DNA from: a virus
Lineage: Duplodnaviria > Heunggongvirae > Uroviricota > Caudoviricetes
IMG/VR virus record: IMGVR_UViG_3300022188_000009
DNA length: 64,000 nucleotides
Reading direction: 5' to 3' (one strand)
The position numbers and the translations under genes were made by a program. The notes under the pieces were generated by a model. The model was not told where the DNA came from. It saw only the letters and a list, made by a program, of their open reading frames with translations, and did not search any database. Shown here piece by piece: positions 26,143-35,726 of this stretch. Every line of letters starts with the position of its first letter. The stretch's first letter is position 1.

Positions 26143-26907
26143 ATGAAAATGACGAAGATTAACTGGATATCTGGATATAACCCTAAACATTGTTACACCA
26201 GCGATAGTATTCTATTTAGTTGGTTAACTACTCCAAAAAAGAATGTATTTCTGCAAGTCTCAAATTGGCATAGTTGTAGAGAAACTTTTGTGTCTGAAAT
26301 TCCACGTGCTTTAGGAGTTAAAAAATGGCGTTATTCACGTAAGTTAGATTTACGTCGAATGAGGTTTGCAGTTATCCGTAAGTATACCACAAAAGTAACT
26401 AACTTTAAAAAACATATAGATTATGACGTTAAATGGATGAAAAATGCAAAGCGTATTTTGAATTTATTCGAGAAATACCTTGGTTGGGGGTTAACTACAG
26501 TGTACAGAGTAGACCCTGAATGTGTTGGTGAAGATGCTAATGCCAATGTATTCGTATTTTCAGGATCTGTTAAATGGATGCGTTCTCCGCAATTAATGTC
26601 ATTATATTTACTGATTCTACGGCTTAGTCGACACTATCATTTTCAGAATATTAAAAGTATGGATGATTTTGATAAGTGGATGAAAAAGAATGTAAATAGG
26701 GTGGATACAGACACTATGTACCTGAAAGCAGTTTATCCATATCTATTTAGTATATTAGATAATGTAAAATATCTTTTCTTTGAGCGATCCATGAAGAAAA
26801 ATTTTACTAAACAAACCGGAAATCATGGTATTAATAACATGATTAAGGGTATTGCTGATGATGCTACTATAGTAAGGTTCAATAAAATCAAGAAAAGGGC
26901 AAAGTAA
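26143..26907 (+). CDS. Member 2 of the paralogous family, the tandem duplicate of member 1
   Basis: A stretch of about 110 nt at 26478 is identical to the stretch at 25680. A stretch of about 90 nt at 26197 is identical to that at 25398. Confidence 0.6.
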   Translation: MKMTKINWISGYNPKHCYTSDSILFSWLTTPKKNVFLQVSNWHSCRETFVSEIPRALGVKKWRYSRKLDLRRMRFAVIRKYTTKVTNFKKHIDYDVKWMKNAKRILNLFEKYLGWGLTTVYRVDPECVGEDANANVFVFSGSVKWMRSPQLMSLYLLILRLSRHYHFQNIKSMDDFDKWMKKNVNRVDTDTMYLKAVYPYLFSILDNVKYLFFERSMKKNFTKQTGNHGINNMIKGIADDATIVRFNKIKKRAK

Positions 26908-27467
26908 TGTTTAAATATATAATTTGTTTACTATTTTGTTTCTCAATGTTTACTGGTTGTGCAACTATTAAAATCGAGCATAAAGGTTTACCTGTAGCAA
27001 ATAATATTGTGCGAGCAAGTATTCTTAGTGGAAATATTGAGATGAGTTCTGCCCTCATCAGGTATTATGGTAAAATTGAGGGTGATGAAGTGTTGTTGAC
27101 TTATGAGTATATAAAACTTCGTTCTAAAGAAAAACATCTTATTTCATCGTATAATTTGAAGGGGTTATGTTATAAAGTACAAGTTTTCAACCCACGAAAA
27201 GTAGAATACCAAATGTTTGTTGAACGTTATTATTATGACGAAACCAAACGTAAACGTATAACGTATGAATTCAAATCAATCTATGCAGGAAACCTATCGA
27301 TGAAAGATTTCAATATAAGCCTGCCACTAGATAAAGGAAGTAATGGTTACGTTCAATTATTTGTTCATGATGAAGATGGGCTAATTATTTACCAAAGCCC
27401 TAAGGCTGGTTATGAGATTGGTGAAATTAAGAGGAGTCGAATAACTGGTGGTTATAAGTCAAAATAG
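26907..27467 (+). CDS. Lipoprotein
   Basis: Lipobox in LLFCFSMFTGC. Confidence 0.5.
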   Translation: MFKYIICLLFCFSMFTGCATIKIEHKGLPVANNIVRASILSGNIEMSSALIRYYGKIEGDEVLLTYEYIKLRSKEKHLISSYNLKGLCYKVQVFNPRKVEYQMFVERYYYDETKRKRITYEFKSIYAGNLSMKDFNISLPLDKGSNGYVQLFVHDEDGLIIYQSPKAGYEIGEIKRSRITGGYKSK

Positions 27468-27560
27468 AATGTTGTGATGTTGCATGAATCCATGCACAAA
27501 TTTATTTTTTTATTTATTTTATTTTATTTTTATTAATTTTTTTTCAAGGAGGTATTTTTT

Positions 27561-28004
27561 ATGAAGAGATCAACAATTGTTAGTTTAGTTGCAGCAGCAG
27601 TACTCGCATTTACCGGTATAGCTGGAGCAGGGCAGAATGCCCCGGAAGCTACAGTTAATAATGTTCCGAAAGCTCCAGTTAATGCACTTGCAGATAGTAA
27701 TGGTAATGCATACAATAATAATGAAGCACACATTGGTGCCTATAAATTTAATAATTCTGCCGAATTCAACATGGAAACAGTACATGCAGATCCAACAGGG
27801 AAGGTCAACTCCACAACAACCATCGGATTCACTGGGCCTGGTTTTGTTAAAGACACCCAGTCTGACCAGGGCACTGCAATTGCCAAATCTACCGGAAGTA
27901 TGACTGCAAATACAAATAATAATGTCTTCGGCAATGTCGATAATCCAACTAATAGAAATGAATATGATGTTGAGACTGAGCCTGGTCATTTGAAAAGTGG
28001 ATGA
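27561..28004 (+). CDS. Secreted N/G/T/A-rich protein. It is possibly the N-terminal part of a readthrough protein that continues into 28038..28748.
   Basis: Signal peptide MKRSTIVSLVAAAVLAFTGIAGA. RBS aaggagg. It is in the same frame as the next ORF, separated by a single TGA. Confidence 0.55.
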   Translation: MKRSTIVSLVAAAVLAFTGIAGAGQNAPEATVNNVPKAPVNALADSNGNAYNNNEAHIGAYKFNNSAEFNMETVHADPTGKVNSTTTIGFTGPGFVKDTQSDQGTAIAKSTGSMTANTNNNVFGNVDNPTNRNEYDVETEPGHLKSG

Positions 28005-28037
28005 AATAACGAAGGCGTTGGTAACCACAATTTTGAT

Positions 28038-28748
28038 ATGCATATTGATATGACGGCCGAACAGTATAATGGTGCATCTGCTCAAATAGGTTCTGGTTAT
28101 AACGCAACATGGGCCAGTGGAGATAATTTTACAGGCAGCAGTATTTTTGCCAATTACGGTGGCAAAGGTAATTTGGAAACATCGGAAGGCTGTGAAACTT
28201 ACTTTAATGAAAATCATCCGCCATATGGTGGTGATAGTTGGGATTATGATGGAAAAATAAAAGCTTCACTTACAGGTAATCTTAGTGCTGACGGAACCAC
28301 AGTAGCTAATGCAAGTAGAGAGCATAATGACAATAACGCATCCTCATACGCAACCGGCAAAACTTTAGGGGATTCTAACGCATCCGCTAACACTGCATTT
28401 TCTTCAATGAATGGTAATTCTTCAGAGTATGATTTTGATGCTACACTGCATGCTTTTGGTACGTGGGAGATTAAGCATCAAAGTTACGCTGCACTGCCAG
28501 ACAACACTGCAACAGCAATAACTTATGGGGCTGCTAAATTCGATTATAACAACACACAGTATGTTGAAGGCAATAACAATTGCTATGGCGGTATGGATAT
28601 TGGGATTAAAGGTGATGGATTTGCAAAAACAATTGGAAACTCTGATATCGATCGTACAGCTAACGCTTTTAATGTTACAAGTAAATCAATATCAAGAGCT
28701 TACTCTAACATGCCTGTAGGATATTCCAACAGTTGTTGTGAAGAATAA
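28038..28748 (+). CDS. N/G/S/T-rich protein with a Cys-rich C-terminus. It has no signal peptide of its own and is in frame with the upstream secreted ORF.
   Basis: The first ATG lies 33 nt after the TGA that ends the previous gene, in the same frame. There is no obvious RBS of its own. Confidence 0.5.
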   Translation: MHIDMTAEQYNGASAQIGSGYNATWASGDNFTGSSIFANYGGKGNLETSEGCETYFNENHPPYGGDSWDYDGKIKASLTGNLSADGTTVANASREHNDNNASSYATGKTLGDSNASANTAFSSMNGNSSEYDFDATLHAFGTWEIKHQSYAALPDNTATAITYGAAKFDYNNTQYVEGNNNCYGGMDIGIKGDGFAKTIGNSDIDRTANAFNVTSKSISRAYSNMPVGYSNSCCEE

Positions 28749-28777
28749 CAGATAAATCTTTTAACAGTATAGTTTTT

Positions 28778-28808
28778 AAAGGGGCTGTGTAACAACAGCC
28801 CCTTTTTC
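28778..28808 (+). terminator. Strong rho-independent terminator
   Basis: The sequence aaaggggctg, loop tgtaacaa, cagcccc, then ttttt forms a perfect 7-10 bp GC-rich stem followed by a T-tract. Confidence 0.8.
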
Positions 28809-28845
28809 ATTACATTAAATTTTCATTTAGGAGGTACTCTTATTT

Positions 28846-29352
28846 ATGAAACGTTTATTTCTAATTTTTGCCCTTTGTCTGGTTCTTATAATACCAGGCA
28901 CGGCTCTTGCTATTGCTCCAGGTAGTACTATTCCAAATACTACTTCTGAGGCAGATTCAATAGCAGTCAATAATCTCAGCTTATATAATGAGGCTGCCGA
29001 TCTTAATACCGGCCGTGGATTTGCCATTCCAGGTGATACAATATTCCCAGGTACTCCAGGTTATTATGGAGAAGCTACCCCAGGTCACAGATTTATTCCA
29101 TTGAAAAAATTACTTATGTTTGTTACTGTATTGAACGCTAATAAAGCTGCCAATATGTTAACCGGTCGTACAGGAAGTGAAGATATACAGATACGTGATT
29201 TAATTGCCACAAAAGATGCAAATCCTACCAAATTGGTATATTGTTCTATTGTCAAGCCGGCCGCAGTAGGTGCCCATACAACAGAACAGGTTTCTATAGG
29301 GACCGTAGCTGCAAAAAATCGTAAATCAATCAGTGCAGACGTACTTGCTTAA
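28846..29352 (+). CDS. Secreted protein
   Basis: Signal peptide MKRLFLIFALCLVLIIPGTALA. RBS aggagg. Confidence 0.55.
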   Translation: MKRLFLIFALCLVLIIPGTALAIAPGSTIPNTTSEADSIAVNNLSLYNEAADLNTGRGFAIPGDTIFPGTPGYYGEATPGHRFIPLKKLLMFVTVLNANKAANMLTGRTGSEDIQIRDLIATKDANPTKLVYCSIVKPAAVGAHTTEQVSIGTVAAKNRKSISADVLA

Positions 29353-29391
29353 GCAATTGTTAATGTCAGCAAACGTGGTGCAAATTATATT

Positions 29392-29667
29392 ATGTTTATG
29401 GCCGAAGGTATTAATCGTGAAATTGATGCCCAGGGTTTCGGTATCGGATTTAATACAACACAGGCCCAGCTCCACTCCAGTGATAACTCCAAAGCCAACG
29501 TATCGACCTGTGGATTAGGCTATAGTCACGGATGGTCCGGTTACATTGATTACCCATGGTTACAGTTTACCTATCTGAAAGTTACCGGTATGGATCAGTT
29601 GGAAGTAGTTAATACACCAATCGAACTTTTGCAAAGCCATACCATTGAATCAAAAATAGATTACTAA
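29392..29667 (+). CDS. Hypothetical protein
   Basis: 91-codon ORF. Confidence 0.35.
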   Translation: MFMAEGINREIDAQGFGIGFNTTQAQLHSSDNSKANVSTCGLGYSHGWSGYIDYPWLQFTYLKVTGMDQLEVVNTPIELLQSHTIESKIDY

Positions 29668-29692
29668 TAACATTTTTCTTAATACGAATAAA

Positions 29693-29730
29693 AAGGGTAA
29701 ACTATTTTTTTAGCGGCTTACCCTTTTTTT
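29693..29730 (+). terminator. Putative terminator
   Basis: The stem aagggtaa / ttaccctt has a large loop and is followed by ttttttt. Confidence 0.4.
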
Positions 29731-29751
29731 ACTTTAAAAAGAGATAATTAC

Positions 29752-30111
29752 ATGATCTGTACTATTTGTGGCAAAACTATAGAATCAGTAAATGTATGTG
29801 GTAAAAAGTACTATTGTCCTGTTTGCTACATAAAAGAATTTCCTCCTATATTAGCCCTTACTATACCGTGGGGGACACAAACCACTCTCTATAATCCTAA
29901 TACAAACACCTTTGAACTAAAAACAATCAGTCAATTACAATATTGTGGTTTTCACCTACTTTATCGTACAGTTTATTTTAGTGAAAAACTCAGTCTTTAC
30001 CATAAAGAATTTTTAACTTTTCATTATCGTGGTAATTTTCGATGCCGTAAAATTCGTGGTTACCTATGGCCGGCAGCTGTAAAACCCTGTACTAATACTA
30101 ATTGTGTTTAA
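29752..30111 (+). CDS. Cys-containing hypothetical protein
   Basis: The N-terminus carries a CTICGK...CPVC zinc ribbon. Confidence 0.4.
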   Translation: MICTICGKTIESVNVCGKKYYCPVCYIKEFPPILALTIPWGTQTTLYNPNTNTFELKTISQLQYCGFHLLYRTVYFSEKLSLYHKEFLTFHYRGNFRCRKIRGYLWPAAVKPCTNTNCV

Positions 30112-30126
30112 GAAAGGAATTATATC

Positions 30127-30837
30127 ATGGCAAACATTGCGACGAATAAACCCAAATATACTAAGCAAAACGGGACTTTTTCTGTTTTATTTAGTATAGT
30201 ATTCGGTATTATTATAGTTAGTGGATTTGTTTGTTGTTTGTACACTTACAAGCAGCATAATATAACACAGATCATTCTAAAAGAAATGACGGAATCTCAT
30301 AATGAAGCTTTAACTATACTCAATCAAAAAGTTGAGCAGGCTGAACGTGACAAAAAAGACTACTTAAAGAAAGTGGCTAACCCGTCAAAGAGAAACATTC
30401 AAGATATGAAAAATTATATCACTTTAAGATATTCCACCATTCCTGATGAGTTAGTATTAATCATTGCGGAAACAACGCAGAAAATAACTGAAAAACATGA
30501 CGTAGATTTTGGGTTGGTTGTTGGTCTCATGGAAGTAGAATCAGTATTTAATCCTTTTGCTAAAAGCAAAGCAGATGCTCGCGGTCTTCTTCAAATTATG
30601 TACAAAATTTGGGGTAAAACGTATGATATTAAACATCCATCCGATCTCCATAATATTGAATATAATGTCGATATAGGAGTTCATATACTTAAGCATTATT
30701 TGAAAAAGAATAATGGCAACATTCGCAATGCCTTGCAAAACTATAATGGGTCTGAAGGTACTGCCTTTTCTAATAAAGTATTCACTGCTTTAGGCAAATT
30801 TACAGCTTATAGAAATAACTCCTCAACGTGTGATTGA
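30127..30837 (+). CDS. Membrane-anchored lytic transglycosylase (SLT domain)
   Basis: An N-terminal transmembrane helix. The segment EVESVFNPFAKSKADARGLLQIM matches the SLT catalytic E-S...GLMQ motif. Confidence 0.65.
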   Translation: MANIATNKPKYTKQNGTFSVLFSIVFGIIIVSGFVCCLYTYKQHNITQIILKEMTESHNEALTILNQKVEQAERDKKDYLKKVANPSKRNIQDMKNYITLRYSTIPDELVLIIAETTQKITEKHDVDFGLVVGLMEVESVFNPFAKSKADARGLLQIMYKIWGKTYDIKHPSDLHNIEYNVDIGVHILKHYLKKNNGNIRNALQNYNGSEGTAFSNKVFTALGKFTAYRNNSSTCD

Positions 30838-30858
30838 TCATGATAAGGAGCAAACTCC

Positions 30859-32085
30859 ATGACTATTTTTACACCTCAATTAGAAATTCAGAAATTTTTA
30901 AACAGTTTTCAAAATTTAACAACGGCACAGGATCGCCTTAAACAATATTTTAAAATTGACATTAAACAGGATGTCATCACATTCTCTGACGGAAATACTG
31001 AACCAGTCTGGATTTATAATTATAACCTTTTCGAAGCTCGCGGAGAAAGTATAGTAGAAAACGAAGCACGTGCTTTGATTCTAAATAGACATAACGAAAT
31101 AGTAAGTTTTTCTTTTCCAAGATTTTTTAACCTAAATGAAAAAAATGCAGCTAATTTAGATTGGGAAACAACGGTATTAGAAACCAAATTTGACGGATCA
31201 CTTATTGTAGTTTACGGATACAAGGACGAGATATTTATTCAAACCAGACGCTCAGCTACAGCTAATGGTCAACTAAATAATATTGAAAACAAAACATATT
31301 ATGAAGCTGTCATGGATGTTCTTAAAGTAAAAAATCATAATTCTCCTCTTGCACCATTTATTGAAAATAAAAACTATATAAATAACTGTACTTGTGTTTT
31401 TGAATATGTTGGGCCAGATAATCGTCTAGTTACACCATATAATAAACCAGACCTTGTCTGTTTAGCAGTATTTAGGAAAGATTTTGCAGTTGAAATTGTA
31501 TCAAAACGTGTTGATTATTGGTGTGAAAAGTGTGGGTTTCTACGCCCAAAACGTTACGGAGGGTTCAAAGGTAGTGAAGACGCTATTGATTTTGTAAAAT
31601 TATCTTCGAAGCCTCTAGATGAGGGATTCGTTGCAGTTGATTATTATAATTGCCGGATAAAGATAAAAAACCCTGCATTTTTATCTATCTCAAGAGCTAT
31701 AAATGCGGGTAATTTGTTATTACCGAAACATTTCGCCAAAATAGTATTAAATGGTGATACTGAAGAAACAGTATCTTATTTTAGTGAATTCGCTAATATA
31801 CTATTACTGATGGATGGTACACTTGAAGAAATAATTGAAGAGTTGGATAATATATGGGAACTTAATAGAAACGCTAAGTCACTAAAAGAATTTGCTGAGG
31901 TAATAAAATACCACTCATTAAGCCATATATTATTTATGATCTGGAAAAATAAAATTAAAAATTTTGATGATATACTTCAATATATAAAACCTGAATTATT
32001 AGTTACAGAAACAAAGGAAAGACATAATGATTCATATAAAGCGGCTATTAAAGAGGCTGTCTATTCTAGAGGTCAAAAAACATGA
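30859..32085 (+). CDS. ATP-dependent RNA ligase, similar to T4 RnlA (Rnl1)
   Basis: RFFNLNEKNAANLDW matches T4 KFFNLNENP. TKFDGSLIVVY matches T4 motif I, KEDGSLVSTY. FEYVGPDNRLVTPY matches T4 FEFVAPTNRIVLAY. Confidence 0.75.
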   Translation: MTIFTPQLEIQKFLNSFQNLTTAQDRLKQYFKIDIKQDVITFSDGNTEPVWIYNYNLFEARGESIVENEARALILNRHNEIVSFSFPRFFNLNEKNAANLDWETTVLETKFDGSLIVVYGYKDEIFIQTRRSATANGQLNNIENKTYYEAVMDVLKVKNHNSPLAPFIENKNYINNCTCVFEYVGPDNRLVTPYNKPDLVCLAVFRKDFAVEIVSKRVDYWCEKCGFLRPKRYGGFKGSEDAIDFVKLSSKPLDEGFVAVDYYNCRIKIKNPAFLSISRAINAGNLLLPKHFAKIVLNGDTEETVSYFSEFANILLLMDGTLEEIIEELDNIWELNRNAKSLKEFAEVIKYHSLSHILFMIWKNKIKNFDDILQYIKPELLVTETKERHNDSYKAAIKEAVYSRGQKT

Positions 32086-32128
32086 CTTAAAAGTTTCTGA
32101 ATATTTAAAGAGGAGAAGAAAAGAAAAA

Positions 32129-32935
32129 ATGGCTAGAAAAAAAATAGTAACAGTTGAATGGTTTAAAAGTGTAAATAAATTATGTGAATCTTATCAACAA
32201 ACAGGAATGGCTTTTGCTTTCGTAACAAGCCAAAAAGATGGAAATAAAATGTGTCATGAATGGGTAAAATGTAGAGATTTCTTACATGATGGTGTTCGCA
32301 CACAAATCACTGGTATACCATGTGAAATTTATGGATTTAAATTTAATACAAAAACAAATCCAAACATTTATCTTTACAAAATGCGTATGCTTGTAACAAA
32401 ATACAATTTAAAGACCACTGCTGATACAAAATTGTTTAATAAAAAAATAGTATCGGGTCTTAAATTAATTAATCATTTTGAAAAACAAGCTAAAGTTTCT
32501 CTGACTAAAGTACATAAAGTTGATACAAAAGATTCAGGAAAAGAGTCAATATTTATGTTCATAGGTCCAGCTATGTGGGTACATTCACCGTTTTTAGTGT
32601 CTATGTATACGTTCTTAATTCGTCTTGGGGATAAACAGATAAAATTCAAAAACGCCAATAGTCTTAAAAAAGAATTAAAAAGACTGAATACTAAATATAC
32701 AAAAGATGAATTATTAGATAATGATGCTGAATATCTAGGATGCTTGTGGGATAAATTACATATAATTATTAAAAATCGTGCTAAATTATTCACAAAGAAG
32801 AATAAAATGCATGATATTTATAGTGATGACATAAGTATAAATAATTTTCATAATAGATGCGGAATACGCAGTCTGGCAATGGGAACAACCCCAAACAACG
32901 AGCTTAATGAATGTATTAAGGAGATTTGTAAGTAA
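32129..32935 (+). CDS. Member 3 of the paralogous family
   Basis: VTSQKDGNKMCHEWVKCRDF...MWVHSPFLVSMYTFLIRL matches the family motifs. Start at MARKK, with the RBS aagaggag. Confidence 0.5.
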   Translation: MARKKIVTVEWFKSVNKLCESYQQTGMAFAFVTSQKDGNKMCHEWVKCRDFLHDGVRTQITGIPCEIYGFKFNTKTNPNIYLYKMRMLVTKYNLKTTADTKLFNKKIVSGLKLINHFEKQAKVSLTKVHKVDTKDSGKESIFMFIGPAMWVHSPFLVSMYTFLIRLGDKQIKFKNANSLKKELKRLNTKYTKDELLDNDAEYLGCLWDKLHIIIKNRAKLFTKKNKMHDIYSDDISINNFHNRCGIRSLAMGTTPNNELNECIKEICK

Positions 32936-33783
32936 TGACACAAAATGAAACAGTATCTGAAAAAACAGAAAAGAAAAAGTTAATTAGGGTGCATAATCGT
33001 TCTAAAAACGGTACAACTTATAAAGACAATTATAAATACTCATCAATCAACTTCGCATTTGTATCCAATCCAGAAAATGGTAGGAAACAGGCAACTAACT
33101 TAGTGACATGCCGCGAATATGTTAATCGTGTAGCATTAGGAGCAGCTACAGGTACTGGTGATCCTAACCATGACGTAAACAGTGACGCACCAATTGATTT
33201 TGATAGATTACGCCTTCTTATAGTGCATGATCCAGATGGCTGGGAGGAGTTTAGAACTAAACTATTTAATGGTAAAGCCTGTCTTAATTTACTTGAAAAG
33301 GTAAATAAATGGAAACCAAGTACGATTACTACAGTTAAACACGATACATATGACCATGCGTGGTTGTTAACTGGACCAAAAGAGTGGATGAGTCAGCCAC
33401 AACTTCTTTCTTTAGCAACTTGGATATTAAGACTTGCAGCTGTTGAAGGGCCAATCGAAACAACAAATTTTGATGTTTTTGAAGATGATTTGAAAAAACG
33501 CATAAATATTAACAATAGCCATGATTCCGGCCTATATTTAAATAATTTTTGGGACAAACTGTACATTTTGACTAAATATCATGATCAGATTTGGGAAGGT
33601 GTTGATGAAAAGAAAGCCTGGACCGATGTAGATCCTAGCAGTTTTGGTATTTATAGTGGGTTACTGAATTTTGTATCAAAAACTCCTAAATACTCTAATT
33701 GTGTTAGGATTACGCAAAAAAGATTTCTTGGCCTGTGCAAAGAACATTTGCCACGTAAAAAGAAACAGACTAAAGAAGATTAA
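32935..33783 (+). CDS. Member 4 of the paralogous family
   Basis: Carries the motifs LVTCREYV and EWMSQPQLLSLATWILRL. Confidence 0.5.
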   Translation: MTQNETVSEKTEKKKLIRVHNRSKNGTTYKDNYKYSSINFAFVSNPENGRKQATNLVTCREYVNRVALGAATGTGDPNHDVNSDAPIDFDRLRLLIVHDPDGWEEFRTKLFNGKACLNLLEKVNKWKPSTITTVKHDTYDHAWLLTGPKEWMSQPQLLSLATWILRLAAVEGPIETTNFDVFEDDLKKRININNSHDSGLYLNNFWDKLYILTKYHDQIWEGVDEKKAWTDVDPSSFGIYSGLLNFVSKTPKYSNCVRITQKRFLGLCKEHLPRKKKQTKED

Positions 33784-33814
33784 AAATTTATAAATTCAAA
33801 GGGGGAAAAAGGTA

Positions 33815-34738
33815 ATGGAAAAGTGTTTCACAATTGGATGTGATCCTGAATTCTTTCTTCGCGAAAAACAAAGCGGAAAATTAATTTCAGCTATTCCACA
33901 CATTAAAGGTACCAAAACAGAACCACAATTATTGCCAAAGGGAGGTAATATCCAACATGATAATGTTGCTGTAGAAATTGCAACAGATCCAGCAAAATCT
34001 ATGGAAATGTTTATACAAAATATCAAAATGACTTTGTCAGAAGCAGTAAGAACTTTACCTGCAGATACAGAGATTATTGCGATACCTTCAGCGAATTTTG
34101 ATAAAGACCAGCTTGAGCATCCAGAAGCACAGGTATTCGGCTGTGATCCTGATTATGATGCTTGGGAAATTCGTGAAAATGAAAAACCACATGCAGGAGA
34201 TAATACTTTTAGATCTTGTGGTGCCCATATCCATCTTGGTACTGACGGAAAAGATGAAAATTCTTTCCTACTTGATTTTGAAGGTAAGCTGACCACTGTA
34301 AAAATTATGGATTGTGTACATGGAATTATTTCTACTGTACTTGATTCCGGTAAAGAAGCTATCGACCGTCGTAAATTATACGGTAAACCTGGGGCTCATA
34401 GGCCAAAGGAATATGGCGTAGAATATCGAGTATTATCCAATTACTGGTTAAAAAGTCCAGTAACTGTATCAATGATGTACCATTTGTCAAAAGATGTATT
34501 GACTATTGTACGTGAAGGTAAAGCTGAAGAATTAATCAATGCAATGGGTGAAAGTCAGGTAAAGGCTACTATTGAGGACGGTAATGCAGATGATGCCATG
34601 AAGATGATTGAAACAAACCTATTACCCATCCTCAGTGAAGACTCAGTTTATTATTTTAATGAAGTTTTGGCAAAAATTAAAGCAAACGATATGAATTTCC
34701 ACATGGAGTGGGAACTATACAAGGAGGCAGTCGCATGA
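33815..34738 (+). CDS. Carboxylate-amine ligase of the GCS2 / glutamine-synthetase-like (amidoligase) family, copy 1
   Basis: The N-terminal TIGCDPEFFLRE matches the GCS2 lGvEeEfflvd motif. CGAHIHLGT matches the GCS2 HvHvgv motif. RBS aaggtaa. Confidence 0.6.
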   Translation: MEKCFTIGCDPEFFLREKQSGKLISAIPHIKGTKTEPQLLPKGGNIQHDNVAVEIATDPAKSMEMFIQNIKMTLSEAVRTLPADTEIIAIPSANFDKDQLEHPEAQVFGCDPDYDAWEIRENEKPHAGDNTFRSCGAHIHLGTDGKDENSFLLDFEGKLTTVKIMDCVHGIISTVLDSGKEAIDRRKLYGKPGAHRPKEYGVEYRVLSNYWLKSPVTVSMMYHLSKDVLTIVREGKAEELINAMGESQVKATIEDGNADDAMKMIETNLLPILSEDSVYYFNEVLAKIKANDMNFHMEWELYKEAVA

Positions 34739-35502
34739 AAATTGGTATACCGGTTTCTTTCAGTAACACACAGTATTATATTAACCAGGCCTATGTAAAA
34801 TATGTAGCTGATGCTGGCTATGAGCCAGTATTGCTTTCTCCGGAGTCATCAATAAAGACAGCTGTTAGCCTCATTGACGGTCTTATAATGCCCGGAGGTA
34901 TTGATGTTGATCCTATATACTATGGATATGACAACTTTTCATCTTATGCAGTTGACCCGCTAAAGGATGAATTTGAGCGGGAATTGTTTCATTCCGCCCG
35001 TGAAGCTAAATTGCCTATACTTGGTATTTGTCGTGGTTTCCAACTTATTATATATGAGTATATGGAGCACGATAACAACCTAATTGAGTTCATGGAGTTT
35101 AAACCACATATTTCTGGGCATAACCAGGTTGATGGCCAAAGATTACCACGTACTATTTCCCAGCACTTTGTTGATTATAACCCATCTACTCTTTATAATG
35201 CAAGCAGTACCAAAGCAGACTCAATGCCCGTAAATAGTATGCATCATCAATGCTTGGTTGTTGATTTTAAACGCAATGGGATTATCGGAATTCGTAATTT
35301 TCGTATGGGGGCTTGGACTACCCGTGGTATAAAGGTTAAAACAGTAAAAGACAGTAATCCAATGGTATGTGAAGCATTTCGTATAAGTAAATGGGGTGCA
35401 CCGATTTTGGCTGTACAGTGGCATCCTGAAGAAATAAAGGATTACGAGTTACTTCACCAATTCTTTGGTAATGTTAAAGCTGATACTATGGAGACTACGT
35501 AA
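34735..35502 (+). CDS. Class-I glutamine amidotransferase-like protein (peptidase C26 / gamma-glutamyl hydrolase PuuD-like), copy 1
   Basis: MKIGIPV...YVKYVADAGYEPVLL...DGLIMPGGIDVDP...LPILGICRGFQLI...HHQ...WHPE matches the C26 family, with a Cys-His-Glu catalytic triad. RBS aaggagg. Confidence 0.7.
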   Translation: MKIGIPVSFSNTQYYINQAYVKYVADAGYEPVLLSPESSIKTAVSLIDGLIMPGGIDVDPIYYGYDNFSSYAVDPLKDEFERELFHSAREAKLPILGICRGFQLIIYEYMEHDNNLIEFMEFKPHISGHNQVDGQRLPRTISQHFVDYNPSTLYNASSTKADSMPVNSMHHQCLVVDFKRNGIIGIRNFRMGAWTTRGIKVKTVKDSNPMVCEAFRISKWGAPILAVQWHPEEIKDYELLHQFFGNVKADTMETT

Positions 35503-35726
35503 TGTCATTCAGCATAGAAGTTATTTTCGATGATGATACTAAATTAACCACAGGATATAGGTTAAAGGACTTAATGGATGTTATTAAAAAATCTCCTTTA
35601 TACGAAAAAAGGTGTATCATGCCTGTAATCCCGTGGTTAATTGATTTAGGTATTGATTACGTTGGTTCTGGTTCACATAATAAGAGCATTAAACGTATCA
35701 ATATAGAGGAAAAGGTGGTAATATGA
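35502..35726 (+). CDS. Hypothetical small protein
   Basis: Its start and stop overlap the neighbouring genes. Confidence 0.35.
   Translation: MSFSIEVIFDDDTKLTTGYRLKDLMDVIKKSPLYEKRCIMPVIPWLIDLGIDYVGSGSHNKSIKRINIEEKVVI

Noticed and set aside
27585-28217. 210-aa minus-strand ORF, and the other minus-strand ORFs (16815..17123, 32473..32793, 54591..54944, 57282..57572 and so on)
   Set aside because: Each lies entirely antisense to a well-supported + strand gene in a uniformly + oriented genome. They are shadow ORFs.
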